Assembly: GCA_002189035.1 (NCBI GenBank)
Contig: NEEC01000010.1
Location: forward strand, 1,302,001-1,366,000
Origin: Utricularia gibba
Lineage: Eukaryota > Plantae > Magnoliophyta
DNA length: 64,000 bases
Reading direction: 5' to 3'
The number at the start of each line of letters is the position of its first letter. Position 1 is the first letter of the stretch. Shown piece by piece: positions 37,592-48,132 of the stretch. Both the position numbers and the translations under genes were made by a program. The notes beneath the pieces were generated by a model. The model worked only from the letters and a program-made list of their open reading frames with translations, had not been told where the DNA came from and did not search any database.

Positions 37592-38755
37592 ATGGGCTGT
37601 TCTGCTTCTCGTTCTGCTGATTTTATTGCTCAGCATCAGAACCCCAATTGGAATGCTTCTCCTTCACACTGGAATTCGGTGTTACAGTCACCCTTCAACT
37701 CGTTTTCGGAAGCGAATTCGACTCCGGCTTCGAGGACTCGTTCTCTGCCGACCCCTTTAGTGCACCACCCACCTGTGAGAAAAGGGGATTCGAATCACTT
37801 TGTTGCTCTCACTTCCACAACCTATGGCTCGCTTCTGCTGCTGAGTCCATCTAACCCTAGTCCCAGTTTCCGGAGCCGGGGAGATGAGATGACGGAAGTT
37901 GAAGAAATTGGGGTTTCGGAGAAATGTGCGTCCCCTGATTCTGTTGTCAACACATGGGAGCTCATGGAAGGCCTTGACGAGAACGAATGCGCCTTCCAAA
38001 TAGTCGATTGCCCTAAAGGGAATCCGAAAAGTGAGATAGATGTAACTGAAATGGAGAAATCTGACGAGTCTGCTGAGCATCCCGTTTCCAAGCCTTTGTG
38101 GGAACATTTATCTGAAGAATCTCTCCTGGCTGGAATGGATGACAATGTGGCCTCCAGTTACAGAAAGGCATTAATGGGAAAACAAGTTGGATATGGAAAG
38201 CCAATGGAAGTTCCAAAACACCTAAAGAATGATGAGCCTCTTTCTTCACCAAATGCTCTGAAATTGAAAGATAGCGATGAATCTTGTTGTTTGTTGGGTG
38301 CTGAGGATAGAATTGTGTTTTATTATACAACTCTGAGGGGCATAAGGAAAACATATGAAGATTGTTGTGCGGTTCGGGTTATTTTGAGGGGATTCAGAGT
38401 ATGTGTTGATGAAAAGGATATATCTATGGACAGATCTTATAGAGTTGAGTTGCAGCAAGCTCTGAAATCAGAATCAGTGAGCTTGCCTCAAGTATTTATA
38501 AGAGGGAGGTACATTGGTGGCGCTGAGGATATCAAGCAGCTTAACGAGGCTGGAGATTTAGCCAAGCTACTAGAAGGTTTTCCACTCACTGATGTAGGAT
38601 TTGGTTGTGATGTTTGCGGTGATGCTCGCTTCGTCCCATGTCCGAACTGTAATGGAAGTCGAAAAGTTTACGAACAAGAAAATGGGTCGCTGAAGAGATG
38701 CGCAGAGTGCAATGAGAACGGATTGGTTCGATGCTTCTGTTGCTGCCCTCAATGA
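37592..38755 (+). CDS. Glutaredoxin-like Cys-rich protein (GRXCR/At5g39865-type), single exon, 387 aa
   Basis: N-terminal MGCSAS; NTWELMEGLDE; IVFYYTTLRGIRKTYEDC..VR.IL; DISMD; LPQVFIRGRYIGGAEDI; C-terminal CxxC repeats (CDVC, CPNC, CAEC). Confidence 0.93.
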   Translation: MGCSASRSADFIAQHQNPNWNASPSHWNSVLQSPFNSFSEANSTPASRTRSLPTPLVHHPPVRKGDSNHFVALTSTTYGSLLLLSPSNPSPSFRSRGDEMTEVEEIGVSEKCASPDSVVNTWELMEGLDENECAFQIVDCPKGNPKSEIDVTEMEKSDESAEHPVSKPLWEHLSEESLLAGMDDNVASSYRKALMGKQVGYGKPMEVPKHLKNDEPLSSPNALKLKDSDESCCLLGAEDRIVFYYTTLRGIRKTYEDCCAVRVILRGFRVCVDEKDISMDRSYRVELQQALKSESVSLPQVFIRGRYIGGAEDIKQLNEAGDLAKLLEGFPLTDVGFGCDVCGDARFVPCPNCNGSRKVYEQENGSLKRCAECNENGLVRCFCCCPQ

Positions 38756-39021
38756 AGAAGCACTTCAGTGCTCCCTTTTAATAACGATGGCCGTCTCTTA
38801 TGTTTAGTGATAGCTCCCTGTATCCGAGTTTCTGTAATGCCCCTGATTTCCTTTGTCTAACCAAAGCCAGCAATGGTTTGTGGGGATTCTTCAGTGCAGT
38901 TTCCTATGCGCATTCATATGCAAAGTGGAAAAAGGGGTTTCTAAATTTCATCAGCAAATGGCGGAATCCATATGCAAAATGGAAAAAGACATGATCTTTT
39001 GCATACTTTGATTCTTCGCCT

Positions 39022-39612
39022 GAGCTAATGGATCAAACGAGCACGCCCAGTTCAATACTCCCTAGCTTCGGATAATATGTACATCAGCACTGCATCTTGA
39101 TACAAAATTGAATCCAGCTTACTGTACTCTAAACTAGTAGGACTTGTGTATTAACGAAGAGAACATGCTTCAAAAACTTGCATCACTGCGTCCATGCGTT
39201 GAAGTTAGAGATATTCTGGTAGCTGGTCTTGATGGAAGGCTTGACTATACTACAGGGGGAGTGCTCTGTAATGCAGGGGCTGAATGGAGGCATGCTATGA
39301 ATGGTGCCACTTTCAAAACTGAAGATAACTATGGCGGATTCCTTCTTGGGAATGGAGATGGATTCATTTGGGTTCATGGGGCAGACACCCCAGAACTTAG
39401 CAGACACTTCGAAGAGACTTGCTGGGGAGCAACTACATCTCTGCTTTCCAGCATCCGAGACGAGCTACTTGGATTGCCATGTCCAAGGAGGACCAACCAA
39501 CCAACTCATTTTCTCCCACTTTTTAGAGTTACAGAAGGTACGCGAAGCTTCTGAACGTCTTCTGAGCAAACATGGAGGAGGATACCATATCCCAGGGGTG
39601 ACATCCAAATAA
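39022..39612 (+). pseudogene. 5'-truncated, frameshifted, deletion-riddled copy of the downstream TIGR01589 gene
   Basis: GAGCTAATGGATCAAACGAG matches 41245 GAGCTGATGGATCAAATGAG. CINEEN..LASLRPCVEVRDILVAGLDG..RHAMNGATFKTEDNYGG matches SINEGN..MTSLQPCVQVGATLAAGPGG..RHGMNGTIIKTEDGYSG. MDSFGFMGQ matches MNSFGFLGQ; DLLGSNY matches DLLGNY. It has an in-frame TAA, frame changes and no TIGR01589 domain exons. Confidence 0.8.
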
Positions 39613-40525
39613 GGAGCACAATTTAGTCGAAATACAGAATAGTATCTGTGACTCAAATATGTATAAAGTTACGAGCTTTATCAAAATAATATGTAGAAAA
39701 AACACATGCTAAGGAGTTACGGAATTTTTATTTCTGATTTTGAAAAAAAAAAAGTGTGTTATGGGGTGCATCATGGTGCATATAATTGGTGATGGGACAG
39801 TTGCGGCGGCACTGGTATGGGAATCAGAAACCTGTCTATTATTGCAGAAAAAGAACACAAAATATATTCTTTAGCTTGCTTTCACCTTTCTCCTGAGCAT
39901 AAAACGTTTATACAAATGAAGAATGCTTCTTCGACTCTGTTGTGACTGACTGCAAAATTAGGGCTTCCATTCGGAACCCACAACGCATTTCATCTCCCCG
40001 TGAGGGGAAACTTGTCCTCATCTTTCGTCATGGCTCTTTCAAGAAGACCCATATCGTCTTATTGAACCTGGAGCTGTGATTTTCGGTATGAGCTTTGGCT
40101 TTGGTTTCCTGAGGATTTGTTTTTCTGGGTTTTTGATATCCAGAGGTGGGTTCAAAGAACACCCGGCTTACATGTTGAGAATTTTGCCATTTTATTTGTG
40201 ATTAATTTGGTTCTCGTATGGTAAGGCATTGAACGGGATCTGTGTTGGCACTGTGAGATCTATAGAAGAGATAGTACCCTGTGGGTGTGGCCTACAGCTT
40301 TTTTTACCAGCTTTAGCTGTGTCTCTTTTTAATGATTCTAGGTATCTTTATCGGTATGGGTTGTGCTATTGCTATCTTTTTTTTTACAATTCTTTCTCTT
40401 CAGGTTGGAATGTATTTTCGGATTTACGTGAGCTCCTGGTCTAAAGTATGTTCCGGTCTTTACATGTGAAATGGTTTCCTGGCATTCTCAAATCATAGTT
40501 GTTCTTGTTGACAAGGTTGAAAAGA

Positions 40526-42211
40526 ATGTCTAATGGTGAACCTAGAAAAGCCTCTTTACAAGATGTACAAACGGTAGGTCTCCTGCACAAATTCATTTCT
40601 CTCATCTGTAGAAAGTTTGGATTTTTCTTAGTTGAAGCTATATCAGTATGCATGCTTTCTGTATGTCTGATTGGATTGCTGTCATGGCAAACGTGAAACA
40701 CTAGTTACATTTGAGCGGAGGGAATGAGGATCACTAGTACTCTATGCAAATTGATCCAACTTCCATATTCTGATAGTTTGTAAATAATGGTTGCAGCCTA
40801 GATCATAAAGTAGAAGCATGGTCATACACTTGTCGTCTGTTGTTGTCTTGTGTTTATGAACACTTTTTTTTTTTTATAACTGGATTGTATCAGGGTGAAC
40901 TTTGTTTTCTGATACAGGTTCGGAGTCTCATTGAAAGGTGCCTTCAACTTTACATGAGCCAGAGAGAAGTGGTTAATACCTTGTTTCAACAGGCCAAGAT
41001 TGAACCTAGTTTCACTGAGTTTGGTAATTAAATTGTTTTGTTTTTTTCATAGTGAAGACATCTTTTCTTACATTCTTCTTATTTTTATTTTTGAAATATT
41101 TGACATCACTAAATCAAGTTGCACAACCTTTCAGTGTGGCAGATACTAGAAGCTGAAAATCAGGACTTCTTCAGAGCATATAATATGAGACTGATTGTAA
41201 AAGACCAGATTTTTAAGTTCAATCAGTTACTTGAGAAACAGGTTGAGCTGATGGATCAAATGAGTAAGGGCAATGTTGTTCCTCTTCCTCCACAGAATGG
41301 GTCCGAGGTACACCCAAGTAAGCACCTCCTTTTAGGCTGCTGCTCATTTTCTTCGAAATTTGCTCGTTTGAACAAGGTTTCTGCATTCTTCTTCCTCTTT
41401 TCCTGATAATACGTAACACCGCCATTATATTTTGGCAGAACTTGAAATCCCAGCTTACCATGCTCCACAATTATCAGGACTGTCTATTAATGAAGGGAAT
41501 TTTGTGCCAAAAAATTCTGGGATGCCTAATGTTTGCGGCAGCATGACATCCTTGCAGCCATGTGTCCAGGTTGGAGCTACTCTAGCAGCTGGTCCTGGTG
41601 GAAGCTATGATAGTCCTGGAAACGTTATGTTGTCTCAGGGTTTGAATGGTGGAGTGAGGCATGGTATGAACGGTACCATCATCAAAACCGAAGATGGCTA
41701 TTCTGGAAATCCAACAGCATTTGGAATTGATAGCAATCCTGTAGGACATCAGAATGTTGTTGAAGCATCGATTTCACCCTTCAATGGGGGAGAATCCCAT
41801 AGCCAGGCAGTTACTGATTCTTTGTTGGATCTTCAGATGAACTCTTTTGGATTCTTGGGTCAAATAGCTCGGAACTTCAATGTGTCCTACCTGAACACCG
41901 ATTTTCCTAATAGTGCCGGTGAGAATCCTCAATTTTCCATTCATCCGCTTCCCCAAAACTAAAGTGATAACTGTTGGCTGAATCTATAATCAGACCTACT
42001 CGGGAACTATTCCAGATCTCCTTTCCTGCCACCAGAGCCAAACTTTATGGATTCCCAGATACCGGGGGAACAAGGTAAGCAACACCCCACCTTCACTTAT
42101 TCTCTGATGCATACGGAGAGTCTCTGAATCTGCAAACTCTGCGCAGACCTTAAGAAGCTTGGCAATATCTCAGAGGGGTTTGGTTGCGAAGATTTTGGAA
42201 GCGATTTGTAG
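40526..42211 (+). CDS. Plant-specific TIGR01589 (A_thal_3526) domain protein, 6 coding exons
   Basis: MSNGEPRKASLQDVQT|VRSLIERCLQLYMSQREVVNTL..AKIEPSFTEF|VWQILEAENQDFFRAYNMRLIVKDQI..FN.LLEKQ..|..FGFLGQIARNF..|DLLGNYSRSPFL..|DLKKLGNISEGFGCEDFGSDL*. Confidence 0.9.
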
Positions 42212-43223
42212 CCGGTACATTCCTTAGGATTCTGCCCTTTTTTTTTCTGAAAATCCATCATGACATCATATGTTGCTGCCGACGCGATTCCTGGTAATTT
42301 TCTCGCAAATAGACTGGAAGGTTGCTGCGACAGGGACGACTCATCCGCCTTGGGCAATCCCACCAAGCCGAGTATGAGGAACATGGTCTGAGTTTTCGCA
42401 CTCCGCCGATTCGCTTCCCCTTTCAACATGATGTAAAAAAGTAATTTTCCGGTTCCTGGTGTGTTTGGGTGAGTTGTACAGGAAACTCCAGTATTGGCTG
42501 TATTGTACGGAAATGTGTTATTTTAAGACATGAACAAATTCATAGCACGGTGACTTTTTTTACACATTACATCAGCAACGATAAGATTTGTAATACATCC
42601 TGCATGTAAATAAGTATAAAGCAGTAAACTTGATCTACAATTAATATTTATATATTTAGAAGGTTTTTTTAATATTTATCATTGTTAAAAATGGATTTAT
42701 TAAAGTAGGATACAACTTAAATGTTATTTTTAGTTTTTAACATGTGTTTCATGTATGATTTTAATATTCTGCTTGTAAAATTGTATTAATTAATTAATTA
42801 AAAAGATTTTTTATCCTGAAACTTTAGATGATATGCATAAATCCTAATGATAGTTTCATGTTCCAAATTGTAATGACAAAGATGAATTTTAGAAACATGC
42901 CAAGTGTAAATTGTAATTAAGATATATTTAGTTTGAAAGTAAGTAATTAAATAATAAATTTAGAGATATTATTATTATATGTGTACTGAATGACCAAAAC
43001 TCATGCAACATATGCTCAGCTCAGGAAGAGATCCCATAAAAGTGCTTAGACAAAAGGTCGGTTAAACAGAGCTTGGACAAAATATTTATTTCTGAACAAG
43101 ACTTGGGCAGTGCATTGTTCGGACAGACATTCCGACCCAAATTTCTAGTGCTTGAAAAAACATTACTCGTGGAGACGAAACTTGAATACTATAAAAATAA
43201 CCTCACATATGAAGCCTCGATAA

Positions 43224-43703
43224 TGTTAAAATTCAGTATCCGATGGGTCGGTACATAAGAAACGTGGATCATAATATAAAAGATTAAGCTCAACCAATTA
43301 CTTATGATCTATAGTTTATTATATATTAGATTATTCCATTTTCATTTTCCGATATGGAATTGTGCATTCTAACACCGGTACTCCAGTCGAATTGGTCTGT
43401 GATCCAATGATGACTTGGTCCTTTTTTTATGATTATAAATAGTGCTTAGGTCATAGGTCGATCTATACTAATACGAAACTCATCTTGGTCACCCAAGCCG
43501 TGCCGCAAGGCAAACGCTCTGATACCATGTTGAAATTCAAGATCCGATGGGTCGGCCGTGTGCACACGTGAAGCCCAAGTACACAAGAAACGTGATTCAC
43601 AATAAAAAAAGATTAGACTCAATCGATTATTTATGATTTGTAGTTTATTATATACTAGACTATTTTACTTTTATTTTTCGATGTGAGATTGTGTATTCTA
43701 ATA
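43224..43703 (-). mobile_element. Complete TRIM (terminal-repeat retrotransposon in miniature), 480 bp
   Basis: 5' LTR 43528-43703 and 3' LTR 43224-43374 (the latter has an approx. 25-bp deletion); TGTT...AACA/AATA ends. tRNA-iMet PBS TGGTATCAGAGC at 43527-43516 abuts the 5' LTR. 153-bp non-coding interior. Exact 5-bp TSD GATAA (43219-43223, 43704-43708). PPT is weak. Confidence 0.9.
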
Positions 43704-43736
43704 GATAAAACTTGAGAAGTCAAAGGTTTTGAAAAT

Positions 43737-43908
43737 TATTGAAATTAAAGATGTAATAGATCAAATGAACATACGCGAAGTTCAAGTATATAATAAACAT
43801 GAATCATGTTAAAATAATTAAGTTCAATAAATTACTAGTAATTTATAATGTCTTTCATAATTGATTATTTCATTTTCAAATATTAATATGAGATTGTTTA
43901 TTCTAATA
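43737..43908 (-). mobile_element. Old, degenerate solo LTR of the same TRIM family
   Basis: tattgaaattaaag...gagattgtttattctaata is colinear with the TRIM LTR and about the same length. Flanks AAAAT/AAAAA. Confidence 0.6.
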
Positions 43909-44554
43909 AAAAATAGAAGGGAAATGGTGAAGCAAGGCTCTCTTGAGTACATTCATCCAAGTAGGTCTAGTGCTGAATGTTGGAGGGCTAATTAGAAGAA
44001 GAGGACCCGACCCGGACACTATACAATGGGACATACTCCCAAGAATGAATGTCCGATGAGGGGGCATCGGCTCTCACTCAGTAAGTTGGATCTGATTGCA
44101 GAGGACCACTCTTACAAAAGATTTGAGAAGCCCGACAAGGATCACTAGACAGCCGGACAAGTAGCTAGGAACCAATAATCTCTATAGAAATATTTTTTTT
44201 CCTTTAAGATAAGATATACACAGTTTTTTTTCTATATGATATATTATCTTTCAATTAGAAATCTAATTTTGCATCAGATAATATGTGAAAAAAATGATCA
44301 TCTTATATATATATTTGTTTAATTAATTTAGAGAAAATATGGAGGTGTTTATTTTTCTAAATGTGTAAAATGACATTAAGACCATGTTTGGTTTGTAGAT
44401 TGGAGTGTAATATGAGTATGAATTATTTGAGTATCTTTAAATTCATATCTATGAGTTTTGTGTAGAAAAATGTGTTTAATTACAAGGTTAATGTTATTGA
44501 GGTTTATTGTGTTTACTTTTCTAAATAATTAGATGTGTAGAATGACATTAAATC

Positions 44555-44727
44555 TGTTGAAATTCAGGATCCGATGAATCGGGCGATTACACGTGAAGTT
44601 CAAATATATAAGAAATATAGATCACAATAGAAAAAATTAAATTTAATCGATTATTAATAATCTGTAATTTCTTATATATTCGATTAAGTTACTTTCAAAT
44701 CACGATATGGGATTGTATATTTTAACA
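44555..44727 (-). mobile_element. Solo LTR of the same TRIM family, 173 bp
   Basis: TGTTGAAATTCAGGATCCGATG...GGGATTGTATATTTTAACA is colinear with LTR 43528-43703. Flanks AAATC/AAATG (4/5 TSD). No PBS adjacent. Confidence 0.8.
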
Positions 44728-47025
44728 AAATGCATTGATTTAAACGACCTTCAACCCAGCTTTAATACCATCGCACACTCCAAAATTTCCAACACAGATC
44801 ATCCCAACCACAAGCATCTCCTTCTAGTAAGTATCATTGCCATCAGATACAACCGACAAGCTTTGTATCTCTCCAACTACCCTTTTCATTATTAATAGAT
44901 TTTTCTTTCTAGTGTGAACAAAAGCATCTTTGGTTTTTTTTTCGTTTCCCGGCTCACCAATCTTCATATTCTTCCTAAAAATTTGATTGATTGTAAAATA
45001 GATTTTACACATACCCCTCACGTTTTTGGATTGGGGGAAACCCTTTTGACGGTGTCTGGTTTGGAGGTACTCACTGGATTAAAGATGATTTTAGGTCATA
45101 TTTGGTAAGTTTGTTTACAGATTTAAATAATTGCGTTTGTTTAGTAGACGGATCTTTCAACTTATAAAAGATTTCCATAACACTTAATCACGTATGTTTT
45201 TTTAATCAAATGAGTTTTAATTTATTGCTCTTCAACCATTGAGTTCTTAAGTATCCATCTTTCGTTCCGACCTCAAGATTTAATCTTTATTAGATTAACA
45301 CACGTATCAAATAGTTTTTTTAATTTTAACCACTCATTTATATAGACATAAATAATTTAATTAAATGAACACAACACATGTTGCTTAACTTTATTTAATA
45401 AATTTGGAAAGGGACAGATGGGCGTCCACGGGTAGATGAAGGAGACAGAATGTTATCATTCTGAAGAGCATATCCATCTCGTGGATGGGGCTGAGTCGCG
45501 GCAAGGCAATCCATCCCCAACCCTATCCCTATCCAGATTCCAAAGTAGACCCCATTCCCATGTGGACGCCTTCAAATGCCTGCAAATGATTCCATTCCGA
45601 CGGCCGCCGTGCGGACACCTCTCTCTCTCTCCCTCCACCCGAATTTCCAGGTTGTCGTCCACTCAACTCCCCGGCCCGGCACCCCCCATTCCAATTTTGT
45701 CTCTTTCTTGCACAAATAGCTGAGTTGCGCTGTGCCCTCCTCAACTTGACCTTTTTTTTTTAAGGAGGGCTGCGTTGGTGAGTATCCCACTTCAAACACT
45801 ATTTTTTTTTCCTTCTTTCTAATGATTCCTATTAGAATATGAAAGTATTAGAACAAAAAATCCCACATCATCGGAATTTAAAAGTAAAATACTTAATTAT
45901 AAATCAGTAGTAATCGATTGAATCTAATTTTTTTTGAATATTTGAACTTCATATATATTTGTTCAATCCATAGTATACTAACATAACTTGAGTGTTCAAG
46001 ATGGGTTTCATAATTGGTCTCTATTATATTGTGGAATTATAATTGATTTAATTTCATTTGTGAGATTTGAAGCATTTTATTTTTATTTTGTTATTTTATT
46101 GTTATGACTGTAACTATGAACATAATTTTACATTTGACTTATGAAGTTAGTTTAATTTTCTTTAAGATGAGTGGTTAGATTTTATTGTGATACTTTACGA
46201 GTAGAATGAATGTGTGTTTGGTTGGTATAAAAAATGAAACTTGAAGTTGTTGAGTTAATTTTTTTAATATTTAAGATAGATCTAGAAGGAAAAAAATAAA
46301 AAATAACTATTTAAAAACTCAATTTAAAATTAGATCAAAGGATTTGAATATAGTGCATAAGTAGATTTTCTTAGGAAAAGATTAATAATATTGAATAGAT
46401 CTAGTCTTATTTATTTTATTAAATGATATAACTAAATATATAATAGTCTAGAAAAATCTAAAAAAATCACAAAAATTGCTTGAGATACACCTAGATATTT
46501 TAGAATAAAAATAATATCTTAGCATTTTGATATAAAAAATTGTGGCAACACATCCATTGAACTCTTTGTTACATACATATTTTAATTCTGTTAAAGTAAG
46601 GTTTAGTATTTACTATATTGTTTTTTAATTTCATACCATTACTATTAACTTTTTATTAATCTTAATTAAGAAACATATTATCGATTCTGATAATCAAAAT
46701 ACATAAAATTTCACACCATAACCACAATTTTCTTGTGCTCAACTCCAAAACCAATATTATATGTTTTTTGGACTTGTGATTTGTATTAATCAGAAATATA
46801 AGTTTTATTTTATATGAAATTTCTATAAAAGGAAAAAAAGAAAATATTTAAAAAACAAATTTGTATTGAACGGCGTTTAACAAATTTGGACATTTTGCTA
46901 AATGGCTATTCGTTAGAATCGTCTTCCAAATAAACGAAGTTGATTATCAGGACCTACCCAGTGACCCACATCAATCATTTTTCACATGGGACCTTCTGGT
47001 CTCCATCAGATGTGAGTGTACTTGT

Positions 47026-47793
47026 ATGCCTGCAGGCTGCAGCAGCGATGATCGAAGGATCCAAAAGCTGCAGACCGGAGAGATGGGGCATTGCACTGCT
47101 CTTCGTGTTATTCAGGGGAGGCCGAGGGAGGGCTTCCAACAGCTCTCCCCCATCGGCGTCGGCGGCGGCGATAGGAGCCCCTCGCCTCCCAGTTTCAGAA
47201 ATCCCAACAGAATCCATCTTTTACTCCGCTTTCTGTATTCCATCCTCCCCACGTGCGGATCTTTCATCGTGCCGGCGGAAACCTCGTTCTTGTGGTTTCC
47301 AAGGCCGGAAGTGACCGGAACACTATTCGGACGGCGGCGCGGCCGGGTCTCATTCGCTGTGCAAAGTGACACCAAATTGGCGCCGGTTCTGTTGATCGAG
47401 CTTCCGGCGTCGACCACCACGTTGGTGAGAGAAATGTCGTCGGGAATGGTGAGAATCACGCTCGAGTTAGACAAATCGCAGCCGCAGGGAGTCTGGAGGA
47501 TGTACTGCAATGGGAAGAATATGGGATACGCTGTGTCGCGGCCGTGGACGGAGTCGGATTCTAGGTTTCTGAGCACCGTGCAGAGGGTATCCATCGGCGC
47601 CGGAGTGATTCCCGTGGCAGACGACGGCTGGAAGAGTGGCGCGTCGGCGGCGGACAGGGGAAAGGAGGAGTTACTGTACATGAGGGCCCGGTTCGAGCGA
47701 GTTGTTGGGAGTCGTGACTCAGAGGCATTTTACATGTTGAATCCGGAGGGGAATTCTGGCCCCGAATTAAGTATTTTTCTTATAAGAATTTAA
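47026..47793 (+). CDS. MIZ1: MIZU-KUSSEI 1 (DUF617) hydrotropism protein, single exon; start could be 47026 or 47083
   Basis: VTGTLFGRRRGRVSFAVQ..PVLLIELPASTTTLVREMSSGMVRITLE..WRMYCNGK..GYAVSR..VSIGAGVIP..ELLYMRARFERVVGSRDSEAFYMLNP..GPELSIFLIRI. The LLR..PTC segment is typical of the MIZ1 clade. Confidence 0.9.
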   Translation: MPAGCSSDDRRIQKLQTGEMGHCTALRVIQGRPREGFQQLSPIGVGGGDRSPSPPSFRNPNRIHLLLRFLYSILPTCGSFIVPAETSFLWFPRPEVTGTLFGRRRGRVSFAVQSDTKLAPVLLIELPASTTTLVREMSSGMVRITLELDKSQPQGVWRMYCNGKNMGYAVSRPWTESDSRFLSTVQRVSIGAGVIPVADDGWKSGASAADRGKEELLYMRARFERVVGSRDSEAFYMLNPEGNSGPELSIFLIRI

Positions 47794-48132
47794 ATTAAAT
47801 GCCTCCCATTTCTTCTACACCCACTTGTACTTCCACTTGGTTTGTGACACAAAATAGTGCATTTCACTCCTTTTTCATATACCCATGAAAATGAATTTAA
47901 TCAGTTTGGATTTACAGGTTTTGGCTATTTTGAGTTGCAGATGTACATTTTCATCTAAACTTGTGTGCTCCATTTGTGCAATCTGAACCCATTCTGCAGC
48001 TTTCGAGATATCATGCCTTTTGGAACCTCGTATTCCTTGAGTTCAGATTGGCTGTTCTTTGTTCTTCTGATTCTGGCTCTCTTTCCTTTTCTTTGTTTAC
48101 CTTTGGTTCTCTGACTGGAAGAATCTGGGCAG

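Noticed and set aside
45861-45870. TCCCACATCA USE-like motif
   Set aside because: Mismatched last base, no TATA at snRNA spacing, and only AT-rich DNA downstream.
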